A stretch of DNA of 64,000 bases, taken from assembly GCA_977020255.1 (NCBI GenBank), contig CDROCS010000877.1, forward strand, positions 1 through 64,000. Reading direction: 5' to 3'. Position 1 is the stretch's first letter; each line of letters opens with the position of its first letter. Shown piece after piece: positions 8,501 to 18,125 of this stretch. The position numbers and the translations under genes were made by a program. The notes under the pieces were generated by a model, which was given only the letters and a program-made list of their open reading frames with translations, was not told the origin of the DNA and did no database searches. The DNA is from Obrimoposthia wandeli. Lineage: Eukaryota.

Positions 8501-11500
8501 TCGTATAGTCCATCTCCGCAGGAAAAGGCTGTTTTGTGTTTATCCTCTTCCTCTATCTCGATTTGCCAGTATCCACTCTGCAAATCTAATGTTGTAAAAT
8601 AATCTGAATTACCCAATTTATCGAGCATCTCTTCGATTCTAGGTAATGGATACACATCTTTTCTTGTGATCTTGTTCAGTTCTCTGAAATCTATACAGAA
8701 TCTCATTTTCCCATCCTTCTTTTTTACCAACACCACAGGTGCTGAGAATGGCGAAAAACTCGGTCTAATTACTCCTGTTTTAGACATATCTTCTATCTGA
8801 CTTTTTACTTCATCTTGTAACTGTAATGGTACTCGATATGGTCTTCTTCTGACTACTTTGTCTTCTGTCAGTGGTATTGTATGTTTTATGACAGGTGTTT
8901 CTCCTATGTCATATGGATTTTTTGCAATTACTTTCGGAAATTTATGTATTAGATCAAGTAATTGTTTCTTTTCTCTAGTTGTCAGTCTTTCTGATTGGAT
9001 TACTATTTCTTCATAATCATTCGTATCTTTATCGAGTTTCATAGCACACACGGTGGGATTCTCCATCTGTGCTATCTTTCCCAACCTCATTCCTCTGTAT
9101 AATAGAATGTCATTGTTGGTTGTATTCATCAGTCTAACTGGTATTTTGTGGTTTTCGATCAGGCATACTGTACTCACAACTGGTAATTCGTATTTCTCTA
9201 TGAAATCTCGTGATGGTTCGAACACAACTGGTCCTTTATCTTCTGATAATGTGTGACCTTGAATGAGAAATTGTGATCTTTTACCGATTTTTATAGGATT
9301 TTCTATAATTACATCAATTTGGTTTATTTGTCTGTTTGATGTGCTATCCTTCAATCTTGGATCTTGTAAATCAATACTTATCCCTTTGAGTTGTGATAAT
9401 ACATCCATTCCTAAAATTGTAGGTTCAGGACATTCTTTCATGATTCTAACTGGTATAGTGATCGTATTACGTCCAATTATAAATGTACATGGTAATATTC
9501 CCGTCACTTTAACAGGGTCTCCATTGACCGATACCAAGAATTCATCTGGTTCTGCCATTGTTCGTTTCTGTTCCTCTGTCAAACAGTCTTCACTTACTAT
9601 CGAAGCTACAGCACCTGTATCAATTAAGGCTTTTACTCTTAAATTATTTACTCTAATGATAGCTGCTGGTCGCTGTGCTCCATTTATATTTCCCATATGG
9701 TATATTGTATTTATCGAATTATTACACTCTGTCAGTCCACTTCCTTTGTTTGGATAGTGAAATCTAATGTTTCTCACTTGTCGATCTATTATTCTTCGAC
9801 AAATCGGACATGATACCATTTCATTCGCACATCTTATTTTGTTGACCATGCAAACTGCGCATTCCGGATCTTCTAGTACGTATTCTAGTTCATTTATGTA
9901 CTCTTTCTCTTTTGTTTCAATTGTACTGTCATCTTTATCTCGCAGTAATTCAAAAATCGATCCGTATCCGTTTTGCGTAGTTTTTATTTTTAATTCTACC
10001 AAATCTCTGATTCTTTCTGCTTCTTTCGGATATAGTCTTCTCACGAATGACACTACCGGTGTGTCTTGTTGAGCCAAAATCTCTTTCCGTGTGATTTGGT
10101 ATTCGATTATACATTCGGTTTTCTGTTCTTTTTGCTTTATTTTGTTTTTAAAAGTACAAAATTCGCAAAATTCATGATGTAAAATTTTCTTAGGTAGCTC
10201 AAGAGTATATCTGTCGATAATTCGTTCTTTTTTACACTTGTGGCATTTAATTACGTCTTTACCATCCTTTTTTATAGCAAAAAGTCCCTTTTTTGCCAAT
10301 TTTTTAAGTCTTGGATCTTCGAAAGTTATTTCTCGATACTGTTCATCACATTCGTTCACTTCTCGCATAACTTCGAATATATCTTCAATTCGACTATTTG
10401 TTATTACTCTTCCTGTTATTAGAGCTGATTCTCCTTTTGGAATCTTGTCACTGTAATCGAAATCGGGTGCTTTTCCCGTTTGGATTTCTGGTACGTTTGA
10501 AGTTTTCAGTTTCAAAAGAAATGGACAATTTGGTGCATCTCTTTTATGACGTCTCATTGGGTTTTCATTCTTTTCCCATTCTCTAAACTTTACTCTACAC
10601 CATACGCATCGTACGACTTCCTCATGACCATAACTGCTTGTCACGTTTAACATTTCTAAACCTGATCTTGCCATTTTACGTGCCATTCCTTTTGAATAGT
10701 ACTGTTCTAATATATTTCGTCTCTTTCTCTCGAATCTCATGGGATCCCTTTCTGACAGATTCACATATGTTATTTTTCTCCTCGTCATCTCTTGTGGTCC
10801 GAGGTTTACGTTTTTGTAGTGAAGTATCGACTTTACTAGCGCTTCCTGTTTTTTGTCTGGGTACGAACTTCCCATACGGAACGTAGTGTATTTTTCCTTT
10901 TCGACTATGGGTCCTCTCAACATTTTTATCTCTCTCACTGAACTGTCATTCTTATAACTCTTGTTGTTTGGTAGTATAATTATTCCTTCAAACATTCTTA
11001 TTACGTCCATCCCAATCATGACTGGACTACCGCAATCTGTGAATATTCTAGCATTTAACTGTAATGCTCTTCCATCGATATTCAATGAACATTTCAGTGT
11101 TCCTTCCGACACTACATCTGTACCATTCACGTTAACAAATGTCTGTTTTCTAGGACATACTTCTCTTAATTCTTTTGATGACAAGATTTCTTTACTCAGT
11201 ACTGATACTGCAGATCCGGTATCAACTTCGGCAAGATATTCTCTTCCGTTCAATGTTACTGCTACTTGTGGTGGAGCATTTGGATTCTCATTTGATATCC
11301 TAGACTTCAGAATTCTTCTGGAATTATCTTTTTTGTCTTTTTCCTCTGCTTGTGGAATTTCACTGTAGCTCACTTTAGGCCATCTTATCATTAGGATGCC
11401 TCTCTTGAACTTTTCTTTCTCTTCCTTTAAATCCTTCATTGGATATAGGTTTAACGCTACTTCTTCCTTGTCTGGTAATGGAATCTTTGGTTTTCCTGGT

Positions 11501-14007
11501 ATCTTTGCATATACTCCTGGACTATCATTATCGTCGTCGTTGTTGTCTCGATAGTTTCTTGGTTCTCGCATCATGGTTCTCGTTTGGTGTTGTTCCTTCT
11601 TGAGGGCTCGCAACTCGTTCTCGTGATGATGGTGCATTAGATATTTTGCTAAAAATGGAAAACATCCAATTATAAGTTGCCAGGTGATTCCGGTTATCCT
11701 GTATAAACTATACGTAGACAACACCTGGGCTATAATTACCTGCACAAATTTAATTATAACATAAATACCTATGATACCCGAAAATAGTTGTCCTAAAACA
11801 AGGAATTTCCCCCACATCTTTCTAAGTGTCTGATGTGCTGCTTCCTTGAAATGACTTGGCGATAACAACATATCGAAATTCGCATATCTAGCTCCTGGTG
11901 GTAATGCTCGATGTACCATCTTCGTAAGTACTCTGGCTCTTTTTACTGGAAACATTATTTCGTTCCATGCCGCTTTTAAGTCTTTTTCATTGTACAATCC
12001 TGCGTTCTCCATATTTTCCACCGCTTCGAATTTCATTTTACCTTTAAGATTCGTCATTTTTATCATCGCTGGGGTTTTCGTTGGCTTTCGATCAGGTAAC
12101 GTTATCCATAGATCATTCGTCATCTGATATTCAGGTGCCATTATATTAGAGCAGCTGATTTCTTTAGTTGGAGTGTCTTTTGGAAGTATCATTCTCGTGA
12201 TTGGTTCAACAAAAAGATCTTTTAAATTATACGTTACTGCCAATTCACTCGTACATCGATCTGTTTTTCTCAACTGTACCTCTACTTTATTACACTTGTA
12301 AGTATACAATACTTCTCCCATGGTTTTAGCAAATACTCCTTCATCCAAGGGTAATAATGGTGCTACCATGTCTGGATTCGTAATAGCTAATGCTAACTTT
12401 GTTCTTACGATCTCTTTGTTTAGCTGGCAATCTCTTTCGATCATCATCCGATATAACTGTTCCATTTGCATCAATCCTTTATGATAATAGAAATCAATTT
12501 TATTATTAAAATACGTGTGTAGCTGCATATCTCTAGGTTTTAGCTCGGTTTCTGCCAATGCTATTGCTTCTTTGGACAAAACTATTCCTGGATAGTTTGT
12601 AGTACTAACAGTCATTCCGCATCGCGCTTTGTTTCTCTTTTTAATAAATATCAATCCTTCTTCTATTGATGTTGCCATTAACAGTGTAGGTGTCTTTGTC
12701 ATTGGAATTGGTCTTGTTTCATTTAGCAATCCTTTTCCAACTTTATTATACAGGAACCCTTCTCCATCTTTATTATACAGGAATCCTTTTATTTTATTAA
12801 AGCTAATCTCTTTCAAAAATACTAAAGAGCATTGTTTCGGATTCACGTGATACACAATTGTGGATTCGCCTGTAAAACAAGATGTATCTGTCATTTTACA
12901 TTCTGGATACTTCATCATTAGTTGTGTCTTTTTATCAAAATTGGCGGTCCATGTTTTTAATTCGATTTTGTAAGTTACGTCCATTACTAACTCGGTTACT
13001 TTGGTTCCACGCACGTTTTTTGTTCCTCCGTCACAAGATCCATCGGCCCATCGTTGTCCGACTCTCGTGACTGTTTCGTATCGTCTCACTCCAATTTTTA
13101 CATCAGGTTTGTAATTCTTGTCTACCTCTATTGTTCCCGTTCGAAATGCGTCTTCGCAATCTCTCGGCAAAACCTTATGTGCCTTGTACGGTGTGGTAGG
13201 TGTGATTTCCGACATAAAACTTCTATGGCCACAATAGAATTCGTGATAACTTGAATGGATTGAACATTCTTTCACTTCTACTTGTACTTTATCAACATCC
13301 TGATACACAAAGTAGTTTTCAACACCTTTAACTTCTAATTTTGACGGTTGTGATTCTGGACAGTCTTCGCTGTCAAGCAGTGAATACTTTTGTCCCATCT
13401 TTGGTATGCTACAGTCATATGCTATCAATCCTGATGCCTGTTGCATTCCCATGAACATTACTAACATCATCATCATCATTGTTGTGGACATATTTGGTTG
13501 ATTGTTTCTCTCTTTCGGACGGTATTGTTTATTCTCTCTTTGACGATTCTCATGACATTGTTCGTCATCGTCTTCATTCATTTCCACAATGGTTTTAGCG
13601 TAGTCACTTAATTTTGCCCAACCTCCATTTTCGTCAATTCGTCTCTGTAATACATTCTCGATCAAATACATTGCTTCATTTATTCCTTGTTTGACTTCGT
13701 GAGGTTGGCTCGTTCGTTCCGTCAATTGGAAACATAGATATGTGATCGCTGTAATTAACTTTTTATTTGTAGTTTGGTTTCCACATAATCTCGCTAAAAC
13801 TTCACCGTCATAAAATCTATCTATCGATGCATGGTATACATGATTCGCGGTCATTCTCTTTACTGCAGACATCTGTGATCTAACTGCTTTAGTCAAATTG
13901 TCTGTTATATCGGTTGTTTCATCTCTGTACATTTTGAACAACTTCGGCTTCACTTGCCTAAGAATTCCCGTAAGTATATCTTTACTACTTGGAACTTCTG
14001 AATTCAT
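8476..14007 (-). CDS. pol: 1843-aa polyprotein: Bcl-2-like, signal peptide, chuvirus-like glycoprotein, protease 1, BIR-BIR-RING, protease 2, RT N-terminal half
   Basis: ENGGW; LIAYDC..FYCGH..YKCNKVE..WGKFLVLG; VDTGSA; CVWC..WEKNENPMRRHKRDAPNCPF; CPICR; IDTGAV; SPFSAPVVLVKKKDGKMRFCIDFRELN..LDLQSGYWQI. Confidence 0.93.
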   Translation of the reverse strand: MNSEVPSSKDILTGILRQVKPKLFKMYRDETTDITDNLTKAVRSQMSAVKRMTANHVYHASIDRFYDGEVLARLCGNQTTNKKLITAITYLCFQLTERTSQPHEVKQGINEAMYLIENVLQRRIDENGGWAKLSDYAKTIVEMNEDDDEQCHENRQRENKQYRPKERNNQPNMSTTMMMMMLVMFMGMQQASGLIAYDCSIPKMGQKYSLLDSEDCPESQPSKLEVKGVENYFVYQDVDKVQVEVKECSIHSSYHEFYCGHRSFMSEITPTTPYKAHKVLPRDCEDAFRTGTIEVDKNYKPDVKIGVRRYETVTRVGQRWADGSCDGGTKNVRGTKVTELVMDVTYKIELKTWTANFDKKTQLMMKYPECKMTDTSCFTGESTIVYHVNPKQCSLVFLKEISFNKIKGFLYNKDGEGFLYNKVGKGLLNETRPIPMTKTPTLLMATSIEEGLIFIKKRNKARCGMTVSTTNYPGIVLSKEAIALAETELKPRDMQLHTYFNNKIDFYYHKGLMQMEQLYRMMIERDCQLNKEIVRTKLALAITNPDMVAPLLPLDEGVFAKTMGEVLYTYKCNKVEVQLRKTDRCTSELAVTYNLKDLFVEPITRMILPKDTPTKEISCSNIMAPEYQMTNDLWITLPDRKPTKTPAMIKMTNLKGKMKFEAVENMENAGLYNEKDLKAAWNEIMFPVKRARVLTKMVHRALPPGARYANFDMLLSPSHFKEAAHQTLRKMWGKFLVLGQLFSGIIGIYVIIKFVQVIIAQVLSTYSLYRITGITWQLIIGCFPFLAKYLMHHHHENELRALKKEQHQTRTMMREPRNYRDNNDDDNDSPGVYAKIPGKPKIPLPDKEEVALNLYPMKDLKEEKEKFKRGILMIRWPKVSYSEIPQAEEKDKKDNSRRILKSRISNENPNAPPQVAVTLNGREYLAEVDTGSAVSVLSKEILSSKELREVCPRKQTFVNVNGTDVVSEGTLKCSLNIDGRALQLNARIFTDCGSPVMIGMDVIRMFEGIIILPNNKSYKNDSSVREIKMLRGPIVEKEKYTTFRMGSSYPDKKQEALVKSILHYKNVNLGPQEMTRRKITYVNLSERDPMRFERKRRNILEQYYSKGMARKMARSGLEMLNVTSSYGHEEVVRCVWCRVKFREWEKNENPMRRHKRDAPNCPFLLKLKTSNVPEIQTGKAPDFDYSDKIPKGESALITGRVITNSRIEDIFEVMREVNECDEQYREITFEDPRLKKLAKKGLFAIKKDGKDVIKCHKCKKERIIDRYTLELPKKILHHEFCEFCTFKNKIKQKEQKTECIIEYQITRKEILAQQDTPVVSFVRRLYPKEAERIRDLVELKIKTTQNGYGSIFELLRDKDDSTIETKEKEYINELEYVLEDPECAVCMVNKIRCANEMVSCPICRRIIDRQVRNIRFHYPNKGSGLTECNNSINTIYHMGNINGAQRPAAIIRVNNLRVKALIDTGAVASIVSEDCLTEEQKRTMAEPDEFLVSVNGDPVKVTGILPCTFIIGRNTITIPVRIMKECPEPTILGMDVLSQLKGISIDLQDPRLKDSTSNRQINQIDVIIENPIKIGKRSQFLIQGHTLSEDKGPVVFEPSRDFIEKYELPVVSTVCLIENHKIPVRLMNTTNNDILLYRGMRLGKIAQMENPTVCAMKLDKDTNDYEEIVIQSERLTTREKKQLLDLIHKFPKVIAKNPYDIGETPVIKHTIPLTEDKVVRRRPYRVPLQLQDEVKSQIEDMSKTGVIRPSFSPFSAPVVLVKKKDGKMRFCIDFRELNKITRKDVYPLPRIEEMLDKLGNSDYFTTLDLQSGYWQIEIEEEDKHKTAFSCGDGLYECEKMPFD
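9350..9680 (-). other. Retropepsin aspartic protease 2 (canonical position before RT)
   Basis: VKALIDTGAVASIVS..ILGMDVL; DTG at 9613-9621. Confidence 0.92.
9780..10760 (-). other. IAP-like module: BIR, degenerate BIR, internally deleted RING
   Basis: MARSG..VRCVWC..WEKNENPMRRH..PNCPF; LAKKGLFA..IKCHKC..HHEFCEFC; CAVCM..CANEMVSCPICRRII. Confidence 0.85.
10960..11290 (-). other. Retropepsin aspartic protease 1 (extra copy after the glycoprotein)
   Basis: VTLNGREYLAEVDTGSAVSVLS..VMIGMDVI; DTG at 11215-11223. Confidence 0.9.
11630..13491 (-). other. env: Signal peptide plus chuvirus-like (class III, gB-related) envelope glycoprotein with C-terminal TM region
   Basis: MMMMMLVMFMGMQQASG|LIAYDC; ECSI..FYCGHRS; DCQL..LALAITNPD..GEVLYTYKC.KVEV..CTSELAV..FVEPITR; WGKFLVLGQLFSGIIGIYVII. 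This Cys and motif spacing matches chuvirus G as I recall it. Confidence 0.82.
13588..13986 (-). other. Bcl-2-like domain (divergent BH1, clear BH2)
   Basis: EVKQGINEAMYLIENVLQRRIDENGGWAKLSDY aligns by eye with the Bcl-xL BH2 region (..LEPWIQENGGWDTF); helical domain of about 135 aa. Confidence 0.62.
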
Positions 14008-14060
14008 ATCACCTCTGATATCTTCATTCCTCTCTGCACTATACTGCTCTAATGACGCTG

Positions 14061-17000
14061 CTAACTGTCAATGCTTAGATGTCTCTCTTCATCAGTTTGT
14101 GGTGCAGTTAGAACGTTTCGTAATATACTTTCGCCTTTTCTAGGTCTTCCAGGTCCTCTTCGAAAATACTGATACTCAGTTTGATTCTCTCCTGGATCAT
14201 ACGGTTCATCATTAAACTGTATCTCTTGACTTGGTCCTTCTTCATGGCCAATCTCTTCATTTTGTCGCATCATCTGCTCTGCTTGTCTATCTTTGTATGC
14301 AGCATGCCAAATTGGTGAATCCAAATCTACAATCTCGGATACTTCGTCTTCTCCTACTAGTTGGGTTACGGTTTCGTTTTGTCTCACTTGGTTAGCTGTA
14401 TCCGTGACTTCATCTTGTCTGATTTGAATTATATCTGGTTCTGGTGGCACCTCGACCACTGGAGTTGTCAACTCATTTTCTAAATTCATGTCTTGTAATT
14501 CAGCTACATACGGTTCTGGTGTGGATGTCTTGTTCCAAGCTTCAGCTACATCATTATCTCCGCTTTCGCTTGAACTGGCTAAAATTTCTATAGGCGTTTT
14601 TATCATTTCTAACGCAGAATTCAATATCTCCGTTAATCCTTCATTATCTATTAACTCTTGACGTCCTACAGTGATGACATCAATTTTTTCCTCTAATTCA
14701 TTTCCTATCGGATATCCACACTCGACTGGTACGTCTTCATCATCTAGTGATCTCCCTTTATAATGGAACAACATATTCATTCCATCAATTTCGAGTTTCT
14801 CGGCCAACTTTTTCCGAATCGTTTTCATTGTTTGATACACGTTAAGTTTTTCATGTATTATCTGTCCGGAAATTAATCGAAGTGAAATTTTCATCGTTCC
14901 TTTTTGGTTTGATCTCTGTACATAACGACCATAACCTTTCAATAATCCTCGGGGTACTTCTTTGTAACCCAAGTTATCATGACTATGTTTAACCAATTCT
15001 GCACGCACTTCTTCCAATCGGTGCACTTTAATTGTTTGCAATTTGGCCAAAACTTCTGGAGCTTCACTCGTTTCATCTAACGGTTGATTTAACGTCTCCT
15101 TAGCTTCACTAATTATCTTTTTTACATTTTCCATACTCATAGCATTTCTCGCTGCCTCTACATGTTCAGTCATAGGTTGTGCATTACACGTTTTCTCTAT
15201 TGGTGTCTCATATGCTTCTAATATTCTATTCATTAAATCATTCATCTCTTCTCTCGAGTGTAGACTTTTCTCTTGTTTCGACAACGTAGATGAATTCGCC
15301 ATCTTTGTATGTGGTGAATCTTTAATTATTCCCAACATTCGTTCAAATTTACTATCACTATCTTCAAAATCTATTTCGCGTCGAAGCTCGGTTTCGCGAT
15401 TCCTATCACTGTCATCGCTTACATAACTAAAATTTCCCTTTGGTTTCGGCGAACTCTCACGACTATTTGTCTTGTCGACATTATTATTATTATATCTACC
15501 GGAATTATTATATCTCTCAGCTCCTTGCTGTCCTACGTAATTATTGTATCTCTCAGCTCCTTGCTGTCTGTCTGCATAGTTATTGTACCTACCTGGTGAC
15601 TGTTGTCTATCTGTATACTGATTATTCAGTCTCCATGGCTGTGGAGTATATCCACCACCTCTATTCCATGGCGGAGGTGAATTATATCCTCTATAATTAT
15701 TTCCAAAATTATTATTACCGAAATTATTATTTCCAAATCTGTTAGCTCCGAACTCTTTACTTCTCGTACAATCTCTCGAATAGTGACCCATTTGTTTACA
15801 CGTGTAACACATTATTCTCCCTCGAATATCTATCTTATTTTGTTCATCTTCGAACTGTACTCTACGACTATTCTGTCTATTATCATAGCGTCCTCTAAAA
15901 TCATTTCTTCGGAAATTCGATTCAAAACCGCTTCCTCGTATATTGAATCTTCCGTCACTACTTCCTGTATTATTTCCAAATCGAGAGTCACTTCGCTCTC
16001 CTCTGTTTGCGTTATAATTCCTATCGTCTCCTCTCCAAGGTTGGCGATTTCCTGAATTATCTCTATTAAATCTATTCCTGGAATCATCTCTATTTCTATT
16101 CCACGAATCATTACTATTTCTACCTCTTGAATCATCTCGATTCCTGTTCCAAGACTCATTATTATTTCTACCTCTGGAATCATCTCGATTCCTACTTCGG
16201 AAATTATCTCTGTTTCCGTTACTGGATTCATCTACTTTTTCAAACTTATTTTGTCCATAATTTCGATTCTGAAAATTACTCGGTTCTGTTTTGTTCACAA
16301 ATACCTTTGTCTTATCGTCGTCACCTGCAGTCATTGCGTAAATTGCCAATGCTGCGTTATTTTTTATATTTTTCTCAATCTCTCTCGCCTTTCGCACGGC
16401 GTTATCAAAATCATTTGTATCCGATACAGCTAATAACACTTTAATATCCTTTTTCAATCCTCCTCTAAATATATCTAACAAAACCTCTGCCATTTCATTT
16501 TGGTTCCGGTCATTTTCCGCTACTTGTGCTTCTGGAGCTACAGGATTACCGTCCTGATTTCTCATTATTCTTCTTGGGTACGCTCTTGCGGCCAAGGTTC
16601 TCAAAACATACGCGTATTCATTCACGCCTTCATCATGTTTCTGTTTCCGTTCTCTCATGAGTCGCTTATTTACTTTGGCTAAGTCTCCTAATACCAATTT
16701 TCCAATAAAAGCATTTTCCAACGTTGGCCAATCTATGCGTTCTGCTTCTGTCAAATGTTTATACACTTCAAGTGCTAATTCGGTTAAATGTGCCTGTACT
16801 CTGACACATTTTTCTTTATCGTTCCATCCTTAAACATCTGCACAACTCGAATATTCTGCGAGGAAGTCACAAATACTTTCCTCATCTCCTTTAAACTTTG
16901 TAATCTGCAATGATCCTGAAAAATTGGGTCTCAACGTCGCATTTAAAGCTTGTGCCAACTGTTCGGCATTCATGTCACCTACATTATTTCCTGCATTAAT

Positions 17001-17400
17001 ATCTGCTTGAACTCCTGGGTGAGCCATATCTTCAATTATATCGTCTTCAACTATTTCTTCAATATTATTTACTTGAACTTCTTCAATCACTACTGGATTG
17101 GCAATTTCAATTTCTTCTGGGTTTTGAACTTCAAGATTATCAATTTCTTCTGGGTTTATGTCACCAAATAACTCAGTCAGCTCAAAACTGTCGGTTGAAA
17201 CTGCTGATTGATCAACGTCTCTTTCTGATACGTTTTCTTCGACTCTAGTCTTTTCTGTTACTTTGTTATCTGTTTGGGGAACCTGTTCAATTCGGTTAAC
17301 TTTATTATTATTTGTCTCTTCCTTGGGAATCTGACTTTGTCTTCTAGTATTATACGCGGGTCCTTTTCTATTATCCGTTGTCTTATCAATTATGTATTCG
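14061..17400 (-). CDS. gag: Gag with CCHC knuckle, R/N/D-rich tract, ubiquitin-like domain and AT-hook; one premature stop at 16830
   Basis: GWNDKEKC..LTELALEVY; RKQKHDEGVNEY..L; CYTCKQMGHYSRDC (15768-15809); frame open upstream to ~17400; Ubl at ~14680-14895; RRGPGRPRK at ~14140-14163. Confidence 0.88.
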
Positions 17401-17564
17401 TTTACGATATCAATTTACTTATTATTTTTATCTTATTTCACAATTCTTATTTTACGATTTTTTATCTCTTTAATTAGTTCGAGGACAGAGTCTCCCGACT
17501 TAACCTATTCAATTAATTACTTCGAGTATCAATCCACTCGATTCTCACTTTATCAAATTTACTG

Positions 17565-18078
17565 ACTCGAGGAACAAATCCACTCGATTTCTCAAAACTT
17601 ATCGAATTCTTACTTCGAGGAACAAATCTACCCGATTTCTCAAAAACTTATCAAATTCTTAACTTCGAGGAACAAATCTACCCGATTTCTCAAAAACTTA
17701 TCAAATTCTTAACTTCGAGGAACAAATCTACTCGATTTCTCAAAAACTTATCAATTCTTAACTTCGAGGAACAAATCTACCCGATTTCTCAACACTTATC
17801 AAATTCTTAACTTCGAGGAACAAATCTACTCGATTTCTCAACACTTATCAAATTCTTATCTCAATTTACTTATATCTTCTTCTGAAACTTATTCTAAATT
17901 TGCTTATATCTTCTTCTGAAACTTATTCTCAATTATCTGAAACTTATTCTCAATATCTGAAACTTATTCTTAATATCTGCACTTATTCTGTTTACCTGAA
18001 ACTTATTCTCAATTATCTGAAACTTATCTGAACTTATTATATTTACCTGAAACTTATTCTCAATATCTGAACTTATTC
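17565..18078. repeat. 5' leader tandem arrays: ~6 x 49-50 bp, then a ~20-bp unit array
   Basis: CTTCGAGGAACAAATCTA recurs at 17613, 17663, 17713, 17762, 17811; CTGAAACTTATTCT recurs through 17880-18078. Confidence 0.9.
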
Positions 18079-18106
18079 CACGTGAATTCGCTGTGTCCGA
18101 CGAGCT

Positions 18107-18125
18107 ATCCTCACTCGGGGCACCA
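18107..18125 (-). promoter_or_regulatory. Primer-binding site complementary to the 3' end of elongator tRNA-Met
   Basis: Plus strand ATCCTCACTCGGGGCACCA matches metazoan tRNA-Met(e) 3' end (..GATCCTCACNCGGGGCACCA); 8 nt from the LTR end. Confidence 0.85.

Noticed and set aside
14040-14100. Programmed gag-pol ribosomal frameshift
   Set aside because: No X XXY YYZ heptamer seen; a 1-nt loss restoring IEQLAASLEQY explains it more simply.
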